Part shown: in pieces, positions 39,126 to 52,282 of the stretch
Numbering within the stretch: the first letter of the stretch is position 1
Layout of the letters: the number at the start of each line of letters is the position of its first letter
Made by a program: the position numbers and the translations under genes
Assembly (NCBI RefSeq): GCF_009914755.1
Contig: NC_060925.1
Reading direction: 5' to 3' (one strand)
From: the human T2T-CHM13v2.0 reference genome, Homo sapiens
Length of the DNA stretch: 64,000 nucleotides
Notes under the pieces: model-generated
The model's database searches: none
Told to the model about the DNA's origin: nothing
Seen by the model: only the letters and a program-made list of their open reading frames with translations

Positions 39126-42100
39126 TTTTCCTATACAAAATGTCATTGTTATTTTGATAGGGATTGCATTGAATCTGTATATTGCTTTCAGTAGTATGAT
39201 TAACTTAGCAATATAAGTTTGTCTAGTCCATGAGCATGGGATATCTTTCCATTTGTTTGTGTCTTTTAAAATTTCTTTTATCAGTGTTTTGTAGTTTTCC
39301 TTGTAGAGGTCTTTCACCTCTTTGGCTAGATTTATTTCTAGGTATTTTTTTTGGTAGCTATTGTAAATGAGATTGCTTTCTTGATTTGTTTCTCAGCTAG
39401 TTCGTTACTGACATATGAAAACACTACTTGTTACTGTATGCTGATTTTGCAACCTGCAAGTTTACTAACCTTGATTACCAGATCTAAAAGGTTTTTGGTG
39501 TAATCGTTAGGTTTTTTTAAGTATAAGATAATGTCATCTGTAAAGAGAGACAATTTGACTTTTCCAATTTGGAGGCACTTTATTTTTTTCTTCTTGCCCA
39601 GTTGCTCTGGGTAGGACTTCTAGTCCTATGTTGAATAGGAGTGGTGAAGGTGGGCATCCTTGTGGTCCAGTTCTTAGAGAAAAGGCTTTCAGCTTTTCCT
39701 CATTCAATAGATTAGCCATGGGTTTGTCACATATGGCCTTTATTATATTGAGGTATGTTCCATTAGGCTGAGTTTGTTGAGTATTTTTAGCATGAAGAAA
39801 TGTTGAATTTTATGCTTTTTTGTGGTCATATAGTTTTTGTTCTTTATTCTGTTGATGTGATGTATCATGTTTATTGATTTGTATGTGTTAAACCATATTT
39901 GCATTCTCGGGCTAAATCTCGCTTGATCGTGGTGTATTATCTTTTTGGTGTGCTGTTGGATTTAGTTTGCTATTATAGTATTTTATTGAAGATTTTTGGA
40001 TCTATGTTCGTCATGGATATTGGTCCATAGTTTTTTTTTTTTTTTTTTTTTTTAATAGATCGCTTTTTTTTTGTTGTTGTTGTATCTCTGGTTTTAGTAT
40101 CAGGATGTTGCTGGCTTCACAGAATGAGTTGGGAAGAATTTCCTCTTCTTCAAATTTTTGGAATAGTTTGAGGAGAACTGATATTCATTCTTTTTTTGTA
40201 AGTTTGGTTAGAATTTGGCAGTGAAACCATCTGGTCCTGGACTTTTCTTTGTGGAGAGACTTTTTTTTGTTACTGGTTCAGTCTTGTTACTCACATTAGT
40301 CTATTCAGGTTTTCTTTTTTTTTTTTTATTTCTTCCTGGTTCAATCTTGGTAGGTTGTATGTTTTCAAGAATTTATCCATATCCTCTAGGGTTTCCAGCT
40401 TGTTAGCATATAGTTGTTCACACTAGTCTCTGATGATCTTTTGCATTTCTTGCTATCAGTTGTAATTTCTGCTTTTTCATTTCAGGTTTTATTTATTTGG
40501 GCCTTCTCTCTTTTTTTCTTGGTTAGTCTTGATAGCAGTTTATTAATTTTATACTTTAAAAGAATGTCTTGTTTTGTTGATTCTTTGTATCTATTTAAGT
40601 CTCTGTTTTGTTTACTTCTCTGACATTTATTATTTTTTCCTCCTATTAAGTTTAGGTTTGGTTTGTTCTTGCTTTTCTATTTCCTGTAGGTACATCATTG
40701 GATTGTTTTATTTAAAATCTTTCTGCTTTTTTGATGTAGACATTTATTGTTATAAACTCTCCACTTAGCACTGCTTTTGCTGTCTTCCTGGGTTTTAGTA
40801 TGTTGTGTTTCCGTTTTCATTTGTTTCAAGATATTTTTTGACTGCCTTATTAATTTCTTTATTTACCCAGTAGTTGTTCAGAAGCACGTTGTTTATTTTT
40901 CATGCATTTGTACAGTTTCCAAACTTCCCCTTGTTATTGATTTCTAGTTTTATTCTGTTATGTTCTGAGGAGATACTTGGTATGATTTTGAATTTTTAAA
41001 ATTTCTTGATACTTGTTTTTTGGCCTAGCATGTGATCTATTCTGGAGAATATTTCATGTGCTGATGAGAAGAATGTATTCTGCAGATGTTAGATAAAATG
41101 TTCTATAAAATGGTTCTGTTAGAATGCTCCTAATGTTAGTTTTATTTTATCTAAAGTACAGCTTCAATCCATTGTTTCTTTGTTTATTTTTTGTCTAGAT
41201 AATCTATCTGTTGCTGAGAGTGGAGTGTTGAAGTGTCTATTATTGTATTAGAGTCTGTCTCTCCCTTTAGATATAATGATATTTGCTTCACATATCTGGG
41301 TGCTCCAGTGCTGGGTGCCTATACATTAAAATTGTTATATTTTCTTTCTGAATTGATCCCTTTATCATTATGTAAGATCTTTTTGTGTCTCTTTTTACTA
41401 TTTTTGACTTAAAGTCTATTTTATCTGATATAAGTATAGCTATTCTTGCTTGTTTTTGGTTTTTGTTTGCATGAAACACTTTTTTTCTCTCTCTTTACTT
41501 TTAGTTTATTATGTCTTTGCAGACTAAGTGAGTTTCTTATAGGCAAAATTTGGTTGGGTTATGTTTTTTAAAAACTATTCAGCCAGTCTATATCTTTAAG
41601 TAAAATTTAATTCATTTACATTCAAGGTTACCACTGATATGTGAGGATTTATTCCTATCATTTTGTTTATTGTTTGTTGGTTGTTCTGCAGATCCTTTGT
41701 TCCTTTATCTCTCTTTCTCTTTGTTTGCCTTTGTGGTTTGGTGGTACCATTTGACTCTGTTTTCTTATTTATTTGTGTTATTTGCTCCACCAGTGAGTTT
41801 TATACTTTCATGTGTTTTCATCATTGTAGATATTGACCTTTTGCTTCTAGGTATAGGACCCTTTAGAGCATGTCTTGTAGAGCTGGTCTAGTGGTGATGA
41901 ATTTCCTGCTTTTGCTTGTCTGGGAAAGTCTTTACTTCTACAATTATGAAAGTTAAGTTTGCTTGGTATAGTATTCTTGGATGACATTTTTTTTTTTCAG
42001 CACTTTGAATATATTATCCCATTCTCTCCTGGCTTATAAGGTTTCTGCTGAGAAATCTGTAACTGTTCTGATGGGTTTCCCTTATATGTGATTACATGCT

Positions 42101-43744
42101 TTTCTCTTGTTATTTCTAGATATTTTTCTAAGTTTTATTAGAGATCAAGAGTATTCCAGATACCCTCTACAAAAATGGAAGCAGTCAATATATAGGGGAG
42201 TGGGACAATGATTTTACATTTTCTCTCCGTTTTATCCAATAAACAGAATATTTACAAGTAAAATCTTAGGCAGAAGTCCAATATATAAACCAATATATAA
42301 GCAATTTATTTAACCATGGGATGAGGGCTGGGACATCGGCCTGCTCATTGTCCCATGCTATGGTTCTTCTTGAGAACACTGAGGTCCTAGTGCACACAGC
42401 ATGAAAACCAGTGTGCACCACTGTTTTTTTTTTTTTCACCACTGGTTTTTCAAAGGTATTTTCGTGGCTCTATCCAATTCCTTCAGGTAGAAAAATACTC
42501 AATGATCTAAGACATAGCCCTGGCTTTTAATAAATACCATGTATTTGCCAGGTGCATATGATCTCTTTCTAAGAACCCTGTTGGAGTGGCTGAAGCTGGT
42601 AGTTGGTTTTGAATTTGGAGACTGATATTCTGTTGCCTCATTTCCATTGTTATTGGTGGCTGTGGGTAACAAGAAAGGGCTTTGTAAGCCTGAAAAGAGC
42701 TATGAAAACACAATGTATCATTACTTATTGTGATGGTGCTTTTCTCACTGATGGTGCAACAAGACAAAAACCTTTTTCCTCAAACCACATACACCTCCCC
42801 ACAATAATCATACTTCAGACTCCAGATTTTTATTCACCTTTAATATTTTAGTCTGAGTAGCACCTCCTTCAGAGGCCTCTTTTGTCTTTTCTAAAAAATC
42901 TTTCCTCAGACTGGTAGCATTTTTTCATGCTATACTGCAGTTGTTTGCTTATGTTTCTCCTTCCATCAAGTTATGAACTCTGTAAGGGAAGGGACTGAAT
43001 CATTCATCTCTTTATTTTCAATGCTTAACATAGAACTTATGTCATTATAGATATTATAAATTAATTTTACATTTGACAAAAAGACAATGTTTAAAAATAA
43101 ATTAATACATGCCAACGGCAAAAAAGATAACTAGAAGAAGGAAGAAGGGACATATATTTTCTGATTTATCCAGTTTTGAGAACTTGTTCCTCATTTGATA
43201 TTAACGCAAAGTCTTAAGGAAACCAGATAGTCTGTTCCTCCAGATCCTCAAGAGAACCAGCTGATGATTATGACCCATAAACAGACACAAAGGTTTCAAG
43301 TTCTAGTCAAGTCATGGGTTCTCAGTTCCCAGATGTTTAGATATGAAATTAACTATTAAAATCATTCGTATGCCCATGTCTTGCTAATTTGTAGCTGGCA
43401 TTTTTATATATTTTTTGAGAGTGCTGTTACTGAGATTTGTCTTTTTTTGCTTGTTTCTTTCTTAGTATTGATAGTTCCATTCTACTGTGAGTTGTTATAG
43501 TTCAGCAGTTATCATTTTCCTTCATGTAGCTCCCCTCAGTGTGTAGCCCAGAGCAGGAGGACTTGCTGATTGACAAAGAAGGCATCACCTAAACCATATT
43601 TGTGAGAGTAAAGTTTATGACACCAGAAATAAGCATGCTGGTATTTAGATGTTAGACGTTTAAAATTATAATGAATTATAATTAAATTAATTAAAATAAA
43701 ATAAACATATAATTAAAATTATAGCCTTCAAGTATGCATGTGTA

Positions 43745-43791
43745 TACACACACACACACACACACATGCACACACACATAACACACACACA
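43745..43791. repeat. Interrupted (CA)n microsatellite
   Basis: Directly visible. Confidence 0.9.
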
Positions 43792-45144
43792 GTACCACAC
43801 CTGGGCTTGTATGTCTGGGCAGTATATTTCCCCTTTTTTGCACATTTGAGAATAAAATTAATCAAGGAATTCAATAGCCATAATGATAGTAATAAAGCAT
43901 TCTACAAGTAGAAGCAGCAGTCTCTAAGTGTTATAATCATGTAGTCATAGTCTATGGAAAATAGTTAATGCCTAAGTGACATCAATGATGAAGCTGCCTT
44001 CCTAGCTTAGGTGAGGCCTTAGTCCGTGTAAAAATGGAGAAAATGTCTGGATGCAGTGAAGTGTGGATACAGAACCAAACTAAAATTCAGTGAATCAGGC
44101 TGCTGACCTGGATCCTTCATCTTTAGGGATCTTTTGGTCTATAGAAGTCCAAGCAGAATGTCGAGGGCTTTACTGAAGCCTATATTGAGGATGTGAGCCA
44201 GTTAATACAAAATCAATCTAGAGGCTCCTTTACTTACAATAACACATTAACTTCTTCAACCATTACTAGGTCTTTGGAAAGAGTACATCCACATATGATT
44301 TTAAAAAGCTACATTCTAGATACATTAAAATGAAAAAAAGTGCTCATTAAAAAGTACTGGAACAGAACACAAGTAAATATTTATGGGATTTTAGGTTAAG
44401 AAAGGTTTCTCTAGGTGTAGCAACTCAAGGAGAAGCAATAAAAGAAAAGCACATTGGCAATGTATAAATTAAAACTTGTGAATGTTACAAAATAAAACAG
44501 AAAGCAAACAAAAGTATATTGAAAAAAGCAAATATAATAGAAAAATAGGTAAGAGGATAAGAGACTCTGTATAGCCAGAACTCCTTAAATGCATTCAATT
44601 TTATTAGAAAAAAAAAAGAACGTGTTAAGTCTTTAATTTTATGGAAACATGTAGGGTTCAGGAAGACAATGTGGCAAGATAGGAAGGTCAGAAAAAGACA
44701 CAGAATATCTACTTTCTTGTGGCCACAAAACATTGTTTGTGGCATTGAGCCTAGAACAGAGTTGACATTTGCACAAATGAAGTGGGGGCATAGCTGGGAC
44801 TGAGCAGTGTCTGGCTCTCCCTTAGTTGCCTCACGAATGGGGTTAGGGATGCTGTGCCTGAACTTGTTGAGGGCATTATTCACGTAGGTCTGTAAGAAGG
44901 GAGACCTCTAAGGAATGTACAATGCACAGCTCTATAAGACAATCCCGAGAGAGGCCCCTTTCTCATACAGTGCTATTAGAATTTAAAAAGGCTATGTTAA
45001 TGAAGTGAATAATAAACAGAGGCAGCTGTTAGACTTTGGGGGAAAAATCTGGAAAGGGTTTTGGAAGAGCCTTGTGTATGCAGTACGAAGCATGTTATAA
45101 TAAGAAAATTGTTTTGGATTGCAGAGAAAAAAGATTGGTTTGAA

Positions 45145-45484
<340 letters not shown>

Positions 45485-45739
45485 TCAGACCTATAGCAAC
45501 TCCTTCCGATTCTTGTAATAAACGCAGATCCCCTAAATATTTGTGGTTCTGTGCAGACTCACCTGCTTTGCCTGACTCCACCCTTCATGTAATGAAATCC
45601 TGATGGGAAGAAAGTTCATACAAACTAGACTACATGACAAGAACAACTACCTCTATTTCTGTCTCTCTCTCTATCTCTAGCATGCCTAATCTGTATCTAT
45701 ATCAAAGAAAGTACTGAGAATTTCAGGAGTAAATTGGCT

Positions 45740-46210
45740 AAAGGTGTGCTTACATGAAGGGGTTTAGAGGCTAGCTGTACTTTTTTTTGGTGTCTCCATC
45801 TCTGTCTTCTTCTTTTTTGTGTGTGTGGGCCTCATTGGCTCTTAATGCAGCTGGGTTTCTCTATGCAGCTGAGAAAGATGATTACCAACAGTTGTGGTGC
45901 TCATCATTTTACCCCTCACGAATTCTGGGGAAGTAGAAGGCCATGCCCTGCCCCATACCATCTCCCAGAATCCAAAAGTTAAATCTCAGGGAAATGCTCT
46001 GATTGGTGTTCACTGGGGCAAAGGCCCACCCCCTGGAGTAATTACTGCCGTTAGGAGGATAGGATCTCACTGGGTTACATGCTCATTCCTGCAACTGGAG
46101 TGGGCAAAGGCAACTTGAGTGTCAGTCCCATCAAAACCATGTAGGAAAGGAGAGAGGCAGTTCCTCCTTAAAAAGGGAGATACAGGCAGGCAAATAGGGC
46201 AGATGGCTGC
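45740..46210 (-). mobile_element. Old MLT1 (J/K-like) LTR
   Basis: gctctgattgg...cccacccctggagtaattact...gggttacatgctcattcctg...gaggcagttcctcc. Confidence 0.55.
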
Positions 46211-49200
46211 TACAAGGGTACAGAATCGTATGCATTACAACGTAATGTATAAATGAAAAAAATGTACAATCCAACAGGTAATCAAAAAAACACAAAATAA
46301 AGAAGACAATGTTTTTCACTCATCAGATTGAGAAATAATAGATAAATGATAACATTATGTGATGGAGGGAATTAGAAACTCTTTGACTTTCTGTTTTGTA
46401 AGATTTTTCTTGAGAAAATAATCATGTTATAAAATAATATTTAATATAATAAAAATTTTAATTGTTATGTGAAATCAGGACATACACTGTACAATAAGTC
46501 TAAGTCTTTATAACTTTTTTAGTAAAAAAAGTATGTGTATGTATATGTATATATAGTCGCTGAATATCTATATTCAGTGTTTGTAGAATTATGTCTCTTA
46601 GTGGTGGGGTTATACGTGGTTTTAATTTTCTCCATGCTTTTTATACATTCCCCAATTATCTTCAGTGCATGTTTATAATTGTGTTTATTTTTAATTTCAA
46701 GATGTTAAAAATATAGTACGCTACAGAGAATAATATAGCAAATACTCATGTACTGACAACTTAAATTTGCAATTACCATGTTGTTATATTTGTTTTAAGT
46801 CTTTTTTTAAGAAAAAGAAATAGTCCCTTTTATCCACCACCCTCAGCACTATTCTCTTTACTTCTCTGAAGCTAACCACTATGATTAGCTTGATGAATAA
46901 ACTGCCCACCCATTTTCATACATTTCTATATGTTACTTGATTGTATTCATTTTATAATTAGAAAAATAGCATATCAATATGCTGTGGGAACAAAGTCCCC
47001 CAAATTTCAGTGGCTGACAGCAAAAAAGGTTTGTTTCCTGACACTGTTGCTGATTCCCATCATTGGTACAGATGTTTTCCTAACATTTACGTTTCTTTGA
47101 TCCTTTCAAAGGGAATGCAGGAAGGTGGGTATGCAGTACATACGGTCAAATGGTGACTTTATATCATAAGCTGCCTATTTAAGCCTATTGCTTTTAAAAA
47201 ATAGTGTAATTTATTACCACATTCTAGCTCGTTCAAATGGCACTGATACATCTATGAGAATGTGCCAAGAGCAGGTAATTGCCCTTCAATGGGCATTAAC
47301 AACTGTCTACTAAATTCATTTAGATTAGCTTTTGTTCCCTTGCACCTCAGCTCTCGATGGTCTCAGGATGCCCTTGTTTGACTACCTATTTTGGATAAAC
47401 TTATCTTGTTCAGCCTTGGAAATCAGCCTTATGCACCATATTCCATAAACAGCCTTCAGCCTCATTCCCTTTGGGTAGGAACACAGCAGATGCTCAGTTA
47501 CTATTTGTTGAAAGCAATTGTTGGAAGGCCTGATGCTCTTTCTCCATGCCAACTGTGCAAGACTGGCTGGCCAGGGCTGGTTTCCATAAGGCCTCCCAGT
47601 CAAGGAGGAGGGGAAATGGTGAAACTCAATCCTGAGCTTGATTTTAGTCTTAAATAATATAATTGCATTTAAAATTATGTGTTCAATACCCTATAACTTA
47701 ACAAGGATTTCTTTTTACATGGGAAAATAGCAGGCACCCAGAGAGTGCGGTTCTCTGTATGGTGGAATGGGTGAACGCTTGCTTCTCCTCTGGACACAGT
47801 AATGAATTCTAAAACCAGAAATAAAGTCCATGCTTATAAGTCACTCTGTTGTGTCTGAAGAGAGGAGTTCTGTATGACCAGATTTGGGTGGGACTTGTCC
47901 AAATTTGTCCTCTGAACACAGAACTGTCCATTTTTGGCTTCGGTCCTTCTACCCTCTCATTCCAGAGCAGGGTTGCTGAATCTGGTACCCTCAGCTCCTG
48001 TACCCTCACCACTGCCTACATCCCAAGAGAATGCAATGCTATGTCCTGCTGAATTTTGGCTAGGTTTCTTTATATCTCTCAGACCTGTATCATAAACTCA
48101 GTATTTCTGTTTGGCTGGCAACTTTGCTTCTCTCCTCTGTTCTCACCTCACTCCCTATTTTCTTGTTCTATTTATTGCCAACCAAGTCTACATTTCTACC
48201 ACATTTCGGCAAGTGAAATAGCAGCTTTCCTGAATTCTCATCAAGGAAAAGGGAACATTACAATTGAACACTTTGTGACTCTAATTGAAAATTATAAAAA
48301 GGTTGTTTTCAAAATCCATTAAAGGATACTTTTCAAACGTTATTTCTGAAATTCAGCATTTCAACCTTAGATCTGCGAACTCTTCTCTTTAGTCTAATGT
48401 GGATGAATTTATGAGGAAAAGAATAAGCTAATGAAGCCTCTCTACTCTGTGAAGTGATTGTGATAATGCATTCAGTTTCCCATAATGCCAGAAAGGCACA
48501 GCAAATTACTGCAGCTGCTCCATCGATGGTGGTTTTGTTTTTCCTAATTAGTAGCTTCTTTTGTATTCTCACTAGAACACATGTGACTCTCATGAACTTT
48601 TTTGTTGTCATATTTCTCAAGTTGTGAGGTATTACAGGTACATGTGAAGTTATTTTTATTGTGGCACAAGTGCTGGATACATTAACACACATTTTAAAAG
48701 ACTGGTAGGAACAAAATGGATGTGTTCTGCAGTATCCAAGTTTAGCTCTTGCATTGCCCAAATTAGAAGCTTTAATCAAAAACATAATAAGCTTTTGTGT
48801 ATTTTGCACATGAACATATGCCTGAGCCAAAAGAAAGAAGTGCAAAAGAACCTTCGATTTTGTTATTGGGGGCTTGGTTGTTGAAGCAAACAGATCTAGG
48901 ATGAAGCAATATATATTGTGTTTTATCTGTGAACCATATGGGTTGCATGTAGCCATGGTGGCCAGAGGAGCATCACAGGAAACACAGATCCATCATGTTG
49001 AGACTCTGGTTGGAGACAGTTTGTATGAGGTTCTTTCTGTCAGTAGCTTCCTACCTACTGTAGCTCTCACCAATTAGATGAACTTAGAGAAATTAACTTT
49101 TGGGATTATGTAACATAAAATTTCCTTGAAAAGCATGTTTGAAAATTAAAAGCACAGTTGTGCATGACAGATTTAATTATTCCAAATTCAGACTCTATTG

Positions 49201-49334
49201 TTTCAAACCCTGCTTCTGCCTTTGGGTGAATCAGTAGGTCCTACTTTGTAGATCTGAATGCTGAGATTTACCTAACATCAATTTCTGGATGCCAAGTGAG
49301 CCTCCTCTTACTGAGTAAGGGGATAGTTGTCATG

Positions 49335-50416
49335 AACCCAAAAGTCCAATTCCAAAGTCTCATCTGAGACAAGGCAAGTCCCTTCTGCCTATGAGACTGT
49401 AAAATCAAAAGCAAGTTAGTTACTTCCAAGATACAGTGGGAGTACAGGCATTGAACAAATGCTCCCATTCCAAATGGGAGAAATTGACCAAAATGAAGGG
49501 GCTACAGACCCCAAGCAAGTCTGAAATCCAGTGGGGCAGTCAAGTCTTAAAGCTCCAAAATTACATCCTTTGACTCCATATCTCACATCCAGGTCATGCT
49601 GATGCAAGAGGTGGCCTCTCATGTCCTTGGGCAGCTCCACTCTTGTGGCTTTGTAAGGTACAGTGCCCCCCCAACTCCCAGCTGCTTTCATGGGCTGGCG
49701 TTAAGTGTCTGTGGCTTTTCTGGGCACACAGTGCAAGCTGTCAGTGGATCTACCATTCTGAGGTCTGGAGGACGGATGGTGGCCATCTTCTCACAGCTCC
49801 ACTAGGCAGTTCCCCAGTGGGAACTGCTCGGACCCCACATTTCCCTTCTGTACTGTTCTAGCAGAGGTTCTTCATGACGGTTCCACCCCTGCAGCAAACT
49901 TCTACCTGGACATCCAGGTGTTTCCATACATCCTCTGAAATCTAAGCAGAGGTTCCCAAACCTCAATTATTGACTTCTGTGCACCCACAGTTCCACTATC
50001 ATGTGTAAGCTGCCAATGCTTGGGGGTTGCATCCTCTGAAGCAACAGCCTGAGCTCTATGTTGGCCTCTTTTAGCCACAGCTGGGACACAAAGCACCAAG
50101 TCCCAAGACTGCACAAAGCAGAAAGGCCCTGGGCTAAGCCCATTAAACCATTTGTTCCTCCTAGGCCTCCAGGCCTGTGATGGGAAGGACTGCTGTGAAG
50201 ACCTCTGACATGTCCTGGAGACATTTTCCCCATTGTCTTGAGATTAACATTTGGCTTCTCATTACTTATGCAAATCTCTGCAGCTGGCTTAAATTTCTCC
50301 TCAGAAAAATTGGTTTTTCTTTTCTATTGCATCGTCAGGCAGCAAATCTTCCAAACTCTCATGCTCTGTTTCCGTTTTAAACATAAGTTCCAGTTCCAAA
50401 CCATCTCTTTGTAAGT
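49335..50416 (-). mobile_element. MaLR internal segment (MST/THE1-int) without LTRs
   Basis: ccaaagtctcatctgagacaaggcaagtccc, aaaatcaaaagcaagttagttacttcc, tgcaagctgtcagtggatctaccattct, ctggagacattttccccattgtc. Confidence 0.92.
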
Positions 50417-50626
50417 GCCTGGCCAATATGGTGAAACCCCATTTCTACTGAAAACACAAAAATTAGCCAATTGTGGTGGCACATGCCTGTGGCTCCAGCT
50501 ACTCAGGAGGTTGAGGCAAGAGAATCGCTTTGACCAGGGAGGGGGAGGTTGCAGTGAGTCAAGAATGCACCACTCTGCACTCCAGCCTGGGCTATGAAGT
50601 GAGACTCTGTCTCAAAAAAAAAAAAA
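50417..50626 (+). mobile_element. Partial AluS, starting mid left arm
   Basis: gcctggccaatatggtgaaacccc...gagactctgtctc followed by an A14 tail. Confidence 0.9.
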
Positions 50627-51322
50627 TCTTGCATTTTCTCTGACATTAATAGGCATGCAAAACATGTTAATTTTTTTCTTCTCTGTTTTCCTTTTGCCCT
50701 TATTGTGAGAGGTAGGGAGATATGGAGAGAGATGGGGTGAAGTTGGCACAATGTGAAGATAAAAGTGAAAGACAGTAATGGTATTTCACTAAAATGTTTT
50801 CCTTAGCTTTTGAAAACTGTTAAGGTTTATCCCACTCTCCTCCTCAAGTCTTCCAAGCTAGACATGTCTATAGGAATGTTTGTGTTGTGTTACTCTGTAT
50901 CTCCCTTTGGTTGAGTATAGGAGTAAATAGAAGTTGACGTTACTTTTAGATCAAGATATTTCTGAGAATCTGAATGTGATCATCATGCCTCTCTTTATCT
51001 TTCTTCTCCTACCTGTCCATCACTCTCATGCTTGCTTTCCAATTCTTTTCCTTTTTTTCTCTTAGCAATTTGGGATCAGAAATGATTCTAAGTAAACTTT
51101 AGATCTTGCTCTTTTGTGTTGGAATGAAGGGAATGCAGGATTTTATTTTGAATAATATTGAAGGAAGTGTGGGTTACCTAATATATCACTTTTATAATAT
51201 TAAAGCTTTTGATATTATTTTTAATTATAGCAGTTACTGATAATAATTATTGAAAATAATTATTGAAATAATTATTGAAAATAATTATTTTCAATTATTT
51301 GACTAAAAACATTTTAATTTCA

Positions 51323-51452
51323 CTTTTTTAAATCATACTTTAAGTTCTGGGGTACACGTGCAGAATGTTCAGGTTTGTTACATAGGTATACACGTGCCAT
51401 GGTGGATTGCTGCACTCATCAAGCTGTCATCTACATTAGGTGTTTCTCTTAA
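51323..51452 (-). mobile_element. L1PA (approximately PA7/8) 3' terminal 130 bp
   Basis: atactttaagttctggggtacacgtgcagaatg...ccatggtggattgctgcac...tcatctacattaggt. Confidence 0.88.
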
Positions 51453-51814
51453 ACTCATAAAAATTTTCTAAATGACTCTTCTAGATCAGAAGGCATGAAT
51501 AGTTTTCAGTCACACAGGACTGGTGATTCCACATATGAAGTTCTGAATAGGTTTTAAATTACTTATTTCTTATATGGTTATGAAATGGATTATGGTTTTC
51601 AGTTTTTCAAAACTGACATTGCAAGATGAAACAATTAGTGAGAATGTTTGCTTTTTGTGACTGAGGAAGGACAGTAATGGCTAATAATTAATTAGACTAA
51701 TGAGACACCATTTAAGAGTACTTTTTTGAGGTACTCGAATTTCTTATCTCAACTTGAAAATGTAAAAAAAAAAGATGAGACATTTGGGATTTCTTTTTTT
51801 GCTGTTGGGCCAAT

Positions 51815-52282
51815 ATGTTTGTTATTTATTGCTGCAGTAATGAATTATCACAAACCTAGTGGCTTAAAACAACAGTTTTACAGTTCTGGAGTTCATAAGT
51901 CTAAAATGGGATCACAGGACTTCCAGAGTGTTCTTCCTGGAAGCTCTAGGGGAAAATGTGTTTCCTTGCCTATTTCAGCTTTTAGAAGCTCCCTGCATTC
52001 CTTGGCTCATGGCCCCTTCCTCTATCTTCAAACTCAGCAACATAACATCTGTACTCCTCTCAGATCTCTGCTTCTGTTGTCTCCTTCTTTCTTTTTCCTT
52101 CTGCCTCTCTCTTTCACTTATAAGAACACTTGTGATTACATTGAACTCACCTGGATAAGCCAGGATAACATCTCATAGCAAGATTCTTAACTTCATTACA
52201 TTTGCCCAATCTTAATTTCTTTTACTGTGTAAGGTAACATATGCACAGATTCTGAGGATTAGGTCATGAACATCTTTGATGG
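51815..52282 (-). mobile_element. MLT1C/D-type MaLR LTR
   Basis: attatcacaaacctagtggcttaaaacaacag...ggaagctctaggggaaaat...cctggataagccaggataa...tattcagcctacca. Confidence 0.85.

Larger units (their letters stand above)
38100..42128 (-). mobile_element. L1MA-type segment (ORF1 C-terminal part, spacer, EN, RT), 3' end missing
   Basis: Minus-strand ORFs MFHANKNQKQARIAILISDKIDFK (EN), [22 protein letters not shown] (RT), [16 protein letters not shown]; antisense ORF1 motif gtttctgctgagaaatctg near 42050. Confidence 0.9.

Noticed and set aside
42390-42450. Overlapping short inverted and direct repeats (gtgcacac/gtgtgcac; aaaaccagtg/cactggtttt) with a T-run, terminator-like
   Set aside because: Eukaryotic context, short stems and no Pol III gene upstream; at most a small slippage scar.
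51726-52178. 150-aa ORF (and 142-aa ORF at 22987)
   Set aside because: Mostly within MLT1 LTR sequence; no domain recognised.
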